From NCBI GenBank assembly GCA_021780225.1, contig JAJXZF010000027.1, positions 1,229-65,228 on the forward strand: a stretch of 64,000 nt of DNA. The letters run 5' to 3'. The notes beneath the pieces are model-generated. The model ran no database searches and was not told the origin of the DNA. It saw nothing but the letters and a program-made list of their open reading frames with translations. Source of the DNA: Deltaproteobacteria bacterium (GTDB lineage: Bacteria > Desulfobacterota > Binatia > Binatales > Binataceae). Shown in pieces: positions 10,653-18,878 of this stretch (its first letter is position 1; each line of letters begins with the position of its first letter). The position numbers and the translations under genes are program-made.

Positions 10653-10669
10653 AGCATCGGCCGTGCCAA
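10653..10669 (-). promoter_or_regulatory. Putative sigma-54 -24/-12 promoter
   Basis: Minus strand TTGGCACGGCCGATGCT: perfect TGGCACG -24 box with GG-N10-GC spacing. Confidence 0.65.
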
Positions 10670-10864
10670 ATTTCCTGGCCAGCTTTTTCATCCTCAAATA
10701 GTCTTTTTTCAATTACCCTATTCAGTTGCGTCAACGATGTTGCAGCGGTGGAACAGGCCTGAACATTCGTAGCATTTCGGAATGCTACAAATTGAAGAAT
10801 TTGCGCAGATCGGACGAACAGCGCTCCGCTTCGCACAACCCTGAAGGCGTTTCGTTGGCGATGA

Positions 10865-11686
10865 CTACTTGCGCGCGACAAAGGGCCGATCGCGCTCGCT
10901 CAACGCTTCTTTCAGCCCGCGCTCCCTGCTCGCTTTCATCCATTGCTTGACGGTATCGGTCTGATGCGCGAGGCAGTCGAGATCGGCGGCCGATTGTTCG
11001 AGCGCGCGAATCCCTTGCACGTCCAGCCATCGGTTAACCGCGGCTTTATGCAGCGCCAGCAGCTCGACCGGTACCAGCGCGACCCGGCGCGCATACGCCA
11101 GAGTTGCTTCGTCGAGCTGATCCTTTGGAAAAACGCGATTCACCAGATGGCATTCGAGCGCCTCGCCAGCGCTCATCAGGTCGCCGGTGAAAAAATATTC
11201 TTTGGTCTTGCGCGGCCCGATCAACACCGGCCACATCGAAAGCGTCGGCAAAATGCCCAGCGCGCGGCCCGCGGGATGGCCGAACTGAGCATCTTCACTG
11301 GCGAAAACGATATCGCAATGGCCGGCAAGCTCGGTCGCCCCGGCCAGGCAATAGCCATGCACTTGCGCGATCGTCGGCTTGCCCAGCGACCACAGCCGCT
11401 GCCATCGCTCGATTAATTTGTGCAGATTGATCCGGTCGCTGCTGACGGTGAAGCCCGAGCCGGGTTGTTGCGTGCCCTGCAGATCGTAGCCGGCGCAGAA
11501 CGCCCGGCCGGCGCCACGGATAATGAGCACGCTCAAGTCCCGCGCCGCCTCGAATTCGTCAAGCGCCCGATCGAATTCGCCCAGCAGTTTCGGCGACAGC
11601 GCGTTTAACTTCTCGGGCCGGTTCAGCGTGAGCCGGCAAATCTTATCTTCAATTTTTTCGACCAATAGCGTTTCAAATTCAGCCAT
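10865..11686 (-). CDS. Enoyl-CoA hydratase/isomerase (crotonase) family
   Basis: LTLNRPEKLNAL, GAGRAFCAGYDL, KPTIAQVHGYCLAG. Confidence 0.92.
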   Translation of the reverse strand: MAEFETLLVEKIEDKICRLTLNRPEKLNALSPKLLGEFDRALDEFEAARDLSVLIIRGAGRAFCAGYDLQGTQQPGSGFTVSSDRINLHKLIERWQRLWSLGKPTIAQVHGYCLAGATELAGHCDIVFASEDAQFGHPAGRALGILPTLSMWPVLIGPRKTKEYFFTGDLMSAGEALECHLVNRVFPKDQLDEATLAYARRVALVPVELLALHKAAVNRWLDVQGIRALEQSAADLDCLAHQTDTVKQWMKASRERGLKEALSERDRPFVARK

Positions 11687-11745
11687 CGCCGTCTCTCCTC
11701 GCCTGATCTGTGTTCGATGGTTACGCGGATTCGCCCGCCGCCGCC

Positions 11746-12567
11746 TTAATGCCGCGCGAGAAAGTCCGCGGGCGTCTCAGCGCTCTCCTCCGGCGCCTCC
11801 CAGAAAAACAGGTGTCCGGCGCCCTCGATATAGTGAATTTTTGAACCTTGGATACCACGTTGCAGCATATCGGAATTAGCCGCGGGAACGATCGGATCGG
11901 CGCTGCCCGTGATCACCATCGTGGGCGCTTTAATCTGTCCCAGGCGCGCAAAGCTGTCGAAGGCGGCGATCGCCTCCCACTGACGGCGGTAGGAATGAAG
12001 CGGCGTCGCCGGATACGCGGACATCTCCCTGATGCGCTCGTCAATGATCGCCTGACCGGCGGGCGACGCGACAAAGGCCGGACTGCAACAGGCCTCGAGC
12101 ATCCGCCGCGCCTGCTCAGCGAGCGGCTGGTCCGGATCCGGGGCGAGCGCGGCAGCCGCTTCGGGCGGCGCGAGCATGGAGTTCGCGAAGCCGCAGTTGG
12201 TGCATCCGAGGATCAATCCACGCAGCCGCTCCGGATGATGAAGCGCGAATTCCTGCGCAATCATGCCGCCCATCGAGATTCCATAAACATGGGCGCGGGC
12301 GATACCAGCGTCATCCAGGACGCAAACGACGTCGTCGGCCATGTCAGGCAGCGTCCATGCCCGGTCGGGATGATCGCTTTCGCCGGTACCCCGATTATCG
12401 ATCAGGATGGTACGAAAGCGGTCCGAAATCGCCGAAACGAAGGGTTCGCCCCAAGTCCGCGACGAGCCGCTATAACCCATGATCAAAGCGAGTGGTTCGC
12501 CTTGACCGCGAATCTCATAGCGGATTTTGGCGCCATCGCGGCCTTTGCAAAATTTAGCATTCGCCAT
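11746..12567 (-). CDS. Alpha/beta hydrolase
   Basis: DNRGTGES, nucleophile GISMGG, GSADPIVP, GAGHLFF. Confidence 0.9.
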   Translation of the reverse strand: MANAKFCKGRDGAKIRYEIRGQGEPLALIMGYSGSSRTWGEPFVSAISDRFRTILIDNRGTGESDHPDRAWTLPDMADDVVCVLDDAGIARAHVYGISMGGMIAQEFALHHPERLRGLILGCTNCGFANSMLAPPEAAAALAPDPDQPLAEQARRMLEACCSPAFVASPAGQAIIDERIREMSAYPATPLHSYRRQWEAIAAFDSFARLGQIKAPTMVITGSADPIVPAANSDMLQRGIQGSKIHYIEGAGHLFFWEAPEESAETPADFLARH

Positions 12568-12614
12568 TTCTTCACCTCACGCAGGGCGCTGCGTTCGCCT
12601 CTATTCGGGCCGGT

Positions 12615-12822
12615 CTAGTGTGGCGTCCCCTAAATAAGTTCGCGCGCCGCGTCTATCTTGCGCTCCGCGTGGATGCCCGGATCAAGTCCGGGCATGACCA
12701 GCTCGGTTCGTCATTGCCGGGCCTAGACCCAGCAATCCATCCCGGGTCGCGCCGCGATGGGCGGCCTGCGCGCCGAGCTGATAAGGCATCAGGTGGAAGT
12801 TATTTGCGGGACACCACACTAG
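12615..12822. mobile_element. MITE-like element, copy 2
   Basis: 27-bp TIR with 23/27 matches (CTAGTGTGGCGTCCCCTAAATAAGTTC / GAAGTTATTTGCGGGACACCACACTAG); same orientation and internal hairpins as copy 1, with an extra ~19 nt near the left end. Confidence 0.82.
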
Positions 12823-12984
12823 AAATGGCGCCTTCGACCGTCGCACGGCAAGTACGATTCAGTTCCGGATAGCCGCGACTGATTGGCCAGCGCGGCGACG
12901 CCGGCCGCTGGTTGCAACGGGCGAAAAAAAAGCGCGAGCCGAAGCATCGGCCCGCGCCAATCTGAGCAATCGAAGGCTGAAGGA

Positions 12985-13239
12985 TTAGTTGTTCGCCGGA
13001 ACCTGCCACAGGTTGCGCGCGGCGGTCGCGGAGCGCGCAATCAACTTGCGGGCGAAATTCTGCTGAGCTTCGAACAGCGGCGCCAGCGGGGTTTCCTTCG
13101 CCCATCCAGTCGCCTTCTCTTGCAGTTCGAGCGCCTGAGTTGCGAAACGCTCGCTGGTCTCGATATACCAAGCGGCCGCCTTCTTCGCGCCGTCCAGCGA
13201 GAAGAATGATTCGCCCAATTTGCTGAACGCTTCAAACAT
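12985..13239 (-). CDS. Small helical protein, possible phasin
   Basis: Amphipathic Ala/Glu/Lys-rich helix directly downstream of phaC; start may be ATG 13239 or GTG 13347. Confidence 0.55.
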   Translation of the reverse strand: MFEAFSKLGESFFSLDGAKKAAAWYIETSERFATQALELQEKATGWAKETPLAPLFEAQQNFARKLIARSATAARNLWQVPANN

Positions 13240-13418
13240 GCCTTCGCGATTTTCCTTTTCCACTGCGTCCAAACCTCCAGTCCCTTTGCGGGAAGTCTTT
13301 TTTTGCGCGTCTTTGACGCTTTTTGCGGATTTTTTCAAATTAATCACTCATCGATTGGCGACTTCGACGGATTTGTCACATGGGCGACAAATAGAGTCGA
13401 AATTCACGCGTATCAGCC

Positions 13419-14495
13419 TCACATCAGCGGATGATCGCGATCAGCGAGCCATCCCGCGATTTCCGGCCACATCTTCTTCAGCGCCCCGGCGCTGACGACC
13501 GCGCCGATATGTCCGGTCGGGAAACTCAGGTTCCGCTTGTCCGCGCTGCCGACCTTGTCAATCAACTTGAGGCTCGAATTGGGGTGCACGACGTCGTCAT
13601 GCTCGGCCACGACGTTCAAGATCGGCATCGTGATTTGGCTCAAATCGACCAGGCGCCCGCCAACTTTAAACTCGCCCTTGGCCAGCTTGTTCGCCTTGAA
13701 GATCTCCGAGGTCAGCTCGCCAAAAATCCGGCCCGCCAGCGGCACGTCGCTCTGCATCCAGCGTTCGAACAACTCGAACATTTCCGCATAACCATCGCGC
13801 TCGGCGTTGCGATACAAACCAACGTATTTGTCGAGCGCGTGATGCATCGGCGCCATCGCGGTGAACATCGAATTCACCATCCACGCCGGGCAGTTTCCGT
13901 AGATTTTAGCGATCAATTCGAAGCCGCGATCGTCGATCCGATCCATCAGGTTGTAGATCGCCAGATCGCGCGAGCCCATGTCGTACGGGGTGGTCAGCGT
14001 AACCAGATTTTTGACCTTCTCCGGATGCAGCGCCGCGTAAAGCAGGCTCAGCAGCGCGCCGAAGCAGTAGCCAATGATGTTGACCTGATCGATATCTTCC
14101 GCGATCTGCACCGCACGGACGGCGTTGTCCAAATCCTGGTTGACATAGGCGTCGAAACCGCGCCATGCATCAGCGCGAGTCGGCGGCTGCCAGTCGATCA
14201 GGTAGACGTCGAAGCCGCGCTTGAGCAGCAATTCCACCACGCTCTTGCCGGGCTGCAAATCGAGTACGAATGGACGCTTGATCAGAGCGTAAACCAGCAC
14301 GATCGGCGTCGCCTGGATGCGGTTGGGCGCACGGTAATGCCGCAGGCTGACCTTGCCGCCTTCGTAGATGACCTTGTAGGGCGTGACCGGCGGCGGATCG
14401 GCCGCCACCTGCGAGCCGAAACCGCGGCCAATCGAATCGAGCGTGCGGACCGCGCCGTCCAGCCAATAACCGGCGATATCGTTAAAGAGCGACAC
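13419..14495 (-). CDS. phaC: Class III poly(3-hydroxyalkanoate) synthase subunit PhaC
   Basis: VYALIKRPFVLDLQPGKS, GFDVYLIDW, lipase box GYCFG, AEHDDVV (Asp), PTGHIG (His); about 358 aa; overlaps the upstream gene. Confidence 0.9.
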   Translation of the reverse strand: MSLFNDIAGYWLDGAVRTLDSIGRGFGSQVAADPPPVTPYKVIYEGGKVSLRHYRAPNRIQATPIVLVYALIKRPFVLDLQPGKSVVELLLKRGFDVYLIDWQPPTRADAWRGFDAYVNQDLDNAVRAVQIAEDIDQVNIIGYCFGALLSLLYAALHPEKVKNLVTLTTPYDMGSRDLAIYNLMDRIDDRGFELIAKIYGNCPAWMVNSMFTAMAPMHHALDKYVGLYRNAERDGYAEMFELFERWMQSDVPLAGRIFGELTSEIFKANKLAKGEFKVGGRLVDLSQITMPILNVVAEHDDVVHPNSSLKLIDKVGSADKRNLSFPTGHIGAVVSAGALKKMWPEIAGWLADRDHPLM

Positions 14496-15039
14496 TCTTC
14501 TTGCCCTCCTTGCGGCCACGGCGGGTGCGCGCCTGTTCCGGATGGTATCCGTTCCAGATCATCGCAGCGGCGGCATTCTGGGCCTCCGCGCTGCGCGCCG
14601 CCGCATAGTCCTCGACGCCGTCCAGCGCGTCTTCGGCCGGTTGGCTTTTAAGCTCTTCACTGAGCGCGCGAACTTCCTGCCGCAGCGCTTTCACGTCGTC
14701 GCGCAGGGCGGTCACCGCGGCCTCGGTCGGAAGGCCGAGCGCCGGCCACAGGTTGCCGAACACCGCCGAGGCGGCCGCATCGACCACCCGCTGCACCTGC
14801 AACGCCGCGCCGATCCCCCGGCCGACCACTTCGCCGAAGGCGCGGTTGGCGTACAAACCGTTCGCGGCTTCATTAGCCAGGCTTATATAAGCGTCGTACG
14901 CTTTCCAGCCGGCCTGGCGCAGCGCGCCGCGATCGCCGTTGGCGAGCAAACTTTTCGCGGCGGCGGCCGGCAATTCGACAGTGACGACTTCAAACAGTTT
15001 AGCCATTTCGTCGAGCATTGGATTGTTTTTCGCGCTCAT
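14482..15039 (-). CDS. phaE: PhaE-like subunit (short)
   Basis: ALGLPTEAAVTALRDDVKALRQEVRAL resembles the PhaE C-terminal LPT plus coiled coil; overlaps phaC start; GAGG RBS before MSAKNN. Confidence 0.65.
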   Translation of the reverse strand: MSAKNNPMLDEMAKLFEVVTVELPAAAAKSLLANGDRGALRQAGWKAYDAYISLANEAANGLYANRAFGEVVGRGIGAALQVQRVVDAAASAVFGNLWPALGLPTEAAVTALRDDVKALRQEVRALSEELKSQPAEDALDGVEDYAAARSAEAQNAAAAMIWNGYHPEQARTRRGRKEGKKSVAL

Positions 15040-15246
15040 CGCTTTGACCTCGCTGTTAACCGCGGGCTTGCTTCCGTCTTTCTCGTTCATCTTACTGGGG
15101 GAAAGTTTAATTGATGTCTCGGCGCTATCAACGGATGATGACGTTTCAGTCTGTCGCGGGCGCGACCAAATCGTCCGATCTCCGCGCCGATACCGGCGGT
15201 TTTGTCGCCTTGGCGACAACCCGTCCGGCTGTGCTAGGAAGCATCT

Positions 15247-15999
15247 GTGTCGCCAAAACCTGGAATTGACGGAAAAGCGCTCGGCCGGCTGCCTAATTTG
15301 GCTTGGTTAAGCCCGGATCAGTTACAAGGACTCGCCCAGAGCCTTGTTCCGCAAAAAATCAAAAGGCGCGACACGATATTTTTCGAGGGCGAAAGCGCCA
15401 ATCGCGTCTTTGTGCTGCTCTCGGGCGTCGCGAAACTTTCGTTTATCCATCGCGACGAACGAGTACTGGTCGGCTTGGTCGGTCCGGGCGAGGTCTTCGG
15501 CGTATCCTCGCTGTTGCCGCATATGACGCGGCCATTCCGATGCGATGCGTTCAGCGACTGCACCATCGGCGTGGTGCGGCCCGAAACGTTCGTCGGACTG
15601 GTGCTGGGCGTGCCGCTGGAACGCTTCAGCCGCACGCTCGAAATCACAGTCGGGCGCTGGTGGATGATGCTCCAGCGCTATACCAATTTCGTCGGGCTGA
15701 GCGTGCGCGAGCGCCTGGCGGGAGCGTTGCTGGAATTATCCGCGAAGTTCGGCGTCGAGGACGCGCGCGGAACTTTACTGACGCTCAAGTTCACGCACGC
15801 GGACCTTGCCGAATTGGTTGGCGCATCGCGGCAGCGCACGACCGAGCAGCTCAATGAATTCGAGGACGAAGGAATTATCATCCGCGACGGACGGCGCGTG
15901 ATCATCGTTCCGCAACAATTGCGCGCGTTGATCGAAACGCCTGCTAATGAAACAGCCCGGCCGGCGCACGACGGCGTCGGCCAGAACCGCCGGAACTGA
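15247..15999 (+). CDS. Crp/Fnr family transcriptional regulator
   Basis: IFFEGESANRVFVLLSG, GPGEVFG, HTH FTHADLAELVGASRQRTTEQL. Confidence 0.92.
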   Translation: MSPKPGIDGKALGRLPNLAWLSPDQLQGLAQSLVPQKIKRRDTIFFEGESANRVFVLLSGVAKLSFIHRDERVLVGLVGPGEVFGVSSLLPHMTRPFRCDAFSDCTIGVVRPETFVGLVLGVPLERFSRTLEITVGRWWMMLQRYTNFVGLSVRERLAGALLELSAKFGVEDARGTLLTLKFTHADLAELVGASRQRTTEQLNEFEDEGIIIRDGRRVIIVPQQLRALIETPANETARPAHDGVGQNRRN

Positions 16000-16029
16000 A
16001 CCAACAGAACCAATCGGAGCGATCGAACG

Positions 16030-16866
16030 TTGCCAGGACAAAGCGTCTTTTACGAAGCCAACGGTCTCAGGCTGCACTATCTTGATTTTGGAAATGCCGG
16101 CGCGCCAACGCTCGTGTGCATCCACGGATTGAGCGGCAATGCGCACAATTTCGACGCTCTCACGCCGCATCTGGCGGGCCGCTACCACGTGATTTCCGTG
16201 GACGTGCGCGGACGCGGCGACAGCGCCTGGGGACCGCCGGCCGAGTATGCGCCGCCGTTCTACGTCAAAGACCTCGACGCGCTGTTGAACGGCCTGGGCG
16301 TCGCGCGAGTGACGTTGGTCGGCACTTCGATGGGCGGCATCATCTCGATGATCTTCGCGGGCGGCTATCCCGAACGAGTCGAGAAGTTGGTATTGAACGA
16401 TATTGGTCCGGAAATCGACTCGGCCGGGCTGAGACGGATCACTGACTATTTCACCGCGGCGCAGAACGAATTCGACAACTTGGACGACGTCGCCGCTTAT
16501 TATCGAAAGAACTATCCATTTCTCGCCAAAACGCCCCAGCCGGAATTGATCGAGTTCGTGCGATGGGCGGTCAAGCCGAACGGACAGGGCAAGCTGGTCT
16601 GGAAGATCGATCCCGCCGTCCGCAATATTCCGCGTTCCGGCAGCGAAGCGCGTCCGATGGACCTGTGGGTGCCGTTCGCGCGCATCGCCGCGCCGGTGCT
16701 GGTCGTACGCGGCGCGGAAAGCGACATCCTCTCGGCCGAAACCGCGGCGCGGATGGGCCGGGTGCTGCGCGGCACGCGGATCGCCGAGATTCCGGGCGTG
16801 GGACACGCGCCGACGCTGACCGAGCCGGAAGCGCTCGCCGCCCTCCGCGGTTTTTTGCTGGACTGA
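16030..16866 (+). CDS. Alpha/beta hydrolase
   Basis: CIHGLSGN, DVRGRGDS, GTSMGG, LNDIGP, RGAESD, GVGHAP. Confidence 0.9.
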   Translation: MPGQSVFYEANGLRLHYLDFGNAGAPTLVCIHGLSGNAHNFDALTPHLAGRYHVISVDVRGRGDSAWGPPAEYAPPFYVKDLDALLNGLGVARVTLVGTSMGGIISMIFAGGYPERVEKLVLNDIGPEIDSAGLRRITDYFTAAQNEFDNLDDVAAYYRKNYPFLAKTPQPELIEFVRWAVKPNGQGKLVWKIDPAVRNIPRSGSEARPMDLWVPFARIAAPVLVVRGAESDILSAETAARMGRVLRGTRIAEIPGVGHAPTLTEPEALAALRGFLLD

Positions 16867-16950
16867 ACAGTCAATCGGAGACGCGCGCGGCGCGATAGTT
16901 GCTGTCATTTGTCGCAACTACCGCGCCGCGCTGACTTGACGGAACTTCTG

Positions 16951-17967
16951 TCAGTGCGGGAATTCGACGATCACTTTGGCGCGGCCGCCCGGTTTCCGCA
17001 GCGCGTCGAACATTTCCGGCACCTGATCAACGCTGATAACGTCGGTGACCATCGGCTGCGGCTTGATGCGTCCGTTCGCAAGCGCAGCGATCGTCTCGTC
17101 GAAGTCCGGCGGATCGTAGCCCAGCACAAAATTGACGCTGACTTCCTTGAAGATGCATTTGAGCGGCGTGATTTGATCCGGCTCCATGCAAACTCCGACC
17201 ACGACCACCTGCCCGCGCGGACGCACCATCTCGATCGCATTTTCGAGCGTGCCTTTGACGCCGATACACTCGAAGATCGTCGCCGGACTCTCGCCGGTCA
17301 TTTCGCGCACTTGAGCGGCGGGATCGTTTTCTTTCGGATTCAAAACCACGTCGGCGCCCAATTGGCGCGCAAGCTCGGCCCGTCCCGCGGCGATCTCTGA
17401 AACCACAACGGCCGCGCCTTTGCCTTTCGCCCACGTCAGAGTGGCCAGGCCGATCGGTCCCGCGCCCATCACGACGGCCACGTCGCCGGCTCGAATCCCG
17501 GAGCGCTTGACCGCGTGCAATCCGACCGACAGCGGCTCGACCATCGCGCCGTCGCGCGACGACACGTTGTCGGGCAGCTTGAACAGGCTTTGCGCGCCGC
17601 AGGCGACGAATTCGGCATACGCGCCTGGCAACTGCCCAAGGCCGAGTCCCTGCAGCTTCAGACAATGAATCTCCATCCCGTGCTTGCAACGATCGCATAC
17701 GCCGCATGAATTGAAGGGCAGCGCCGAGACGCGGTCTCCGAGCTTGAACCCGCTCACGCCGGCGCCGATCTCGTGCACCTCGCCGCAGAACTCGTAGCCC
17801 ATGATGGTGTCGGGCGGCATCCCGAAGCCATATTGCACGGCGTGCAGATCGGAACCGCAGATGCCGCAGGCGTGGACTTTCAGCACGATCTCGCCGGCCT
17901 TCGCCTGAGGCTTGGGCGCGTCGATTACGGCCATCTCGTTGGGCCGCTTGTAAACCGCGACTTTCAT
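16951..17967 (-). CDS. Zinc-type alcohol dehydrogenase (MDR family)
   Basis: CGICGSD, structural Zn CGVCDRC...C, GAGPIG; the GHE motif appears as GYE. Confidence 0.9.
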   Translation of the reverse strand: MKVAVYKRPNEMAVIDAPKPQAKAGEIVLKVHACGICGSDLHAVQYGFGMPPDTIMGYEFCGEVHEIGAGVSGFKLGDRVSALPFNSCGVCDRCKHGMEIHCLKLQGLGLGQLPGAYAEFVACGAQSLFKLPDNVSSRDGAMVEPLSVGLHAVKRSGIRAGDVAVVMGAGPIGLATLTWAKGKGAAVVVSEIAAGRAELARQLGADVVLNPKENDPAAQVREMTGESPATIFECIGVKGTLENAIEMVRPRGQVVVVGVCMEPDQITPLKCIFKEVSVNFVLGYDPPDFDETIAALANGRIKPQPMVTDVISVDQVPEMFDALRKPGGRAKVIVEFPH

Positions 17968-17995
17968 TCCGAGTCTCTTTTCGCCGGCCGGGGGA

Positions 17996-18397
17996 TCAAG
18001 CCGCGGCGGATTTGCCCTGTTGAATCAGTTCGATTTTGTAGCCGTTGGGATCTTCGATAAAGGCGATCTCCGGACCGCCGAATTTCATCGGACCCGGCTC
18101 GCGCACGACCTTGACGCCGTGCCGTTTGAGCGCGTCGCAGGTCGCGTAGATATCATCGACGCCGACCGCGAGGTGCCCGAACGCGGAGCCGACATCGTAG
18201 CTGGAGGTGTCCCAGTTGTGAGTCAGCTCGACGACCGTCTGATTGCGTTCGTCGCCGTATCCGACAAACGCCAGCGTGAAGCGGCCGTTCGGATAATCGT
18301 GCTTGCGCAGCAACTTCATCCCCATCGCGTCGCAATAGAATTTCAGGGATTCGTCAAGATTGTTGACGCGAATCATCGTATGCAGCAGGCGCATCAT
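17996..18397 (-). CDS. gloA: Lactoylglutathione lyase (glyoxalase I)
   Basis: LLHTMIRV, FTLAFVGYG, ELTHNW, FGHLAVGVDDIY, FIEDPNGYKIELI. Confidence 0.95.
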   Translation of the reverse strand: MMRLLHTMIRVNNLDESLKFYCDAMGMKLLRKHDYPNGRFTLAFVGYGDERNQTVVELTHNWDTSSYDVGSAFGHLAVGVDDIYATCDALKRHGVKVVREPGPMKFGGPEIAFIEDPNGYKIELIQQGKSAAA

Positions 18398-18400
18398 CGC

Positions 18401-18718
18401 TCAGTCCTCCCGGCGGGCCGGCCGCCCGCCGCGCATGGCGGCCAAGCGTTCCAACTCGCCTTTGATTTGATCGAATTGCTTTTCGGTCGGATCGATTCCC
18501 GCGCGCTCCATCAGCGCCGTCAGTTCCCAGCGCTCGACGCCGAGCATTTGGAGGGCTTCGTGCTCGTGCAGCCGGCGCGCGCGCAACAATTCGAGCACGG
18601 CGAACTCGCGCACGCGCGCCGCGAAATCCTCGGCGCGGAATTCGTCGTCGAAGACGCCGGACGGTATGTCGAGGCCGATTCGCATCGGGAACGCGCCGAT
18701 TTTCGCACACCCTGGCAC
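18401..18718 (-). CDS. Small HTH-like protein, UPF0175-like
   Basis: AVLELLRARRLHEHEALQMLGVERWELTALMERAGI resembles the UPF0175 pattern; start may be MRIGLD. Confidence 0.55.
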   Translation of the reverse strand: MPGCAKIGAFPMRIGLDIPSGVFDDEFRAEDFAARVREFAVLELLRARRLHEHEALQMLGVERWELTALMERAGIDPTEKQFDQIKGELERLAAMRGGRPARRED

Positions 18719-18878
18719 GCGGTCAAGTCTGAATTAATTGCCGCACGCCGGAACGAATTTCATCGTGGCGCTTTGGATTCCTCATGCTACAATCCGCGCA
18801 AATAAGCGGCGCTGGATTTGGAGCGTGCGGGCGTATCGACGCGCGGCGCGGGCCGGCAGCCGGAATCGGGAGTTATCG

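Noticed and set aside
12943..12960. Sigma-54-like motif TTGGCGCGGGCCGATGCT on the minus strand
   Set aside because: GG-to-GC spacing is 11 nt, not the required 10.
15111..15131. FNR-like half sites TTGAT...ATCAA between phaE and the Crp/Fnr gene
   Set aside because: The spacer is 11 nt rather than the canonical 4, so it cannot be supported as an FNR box.
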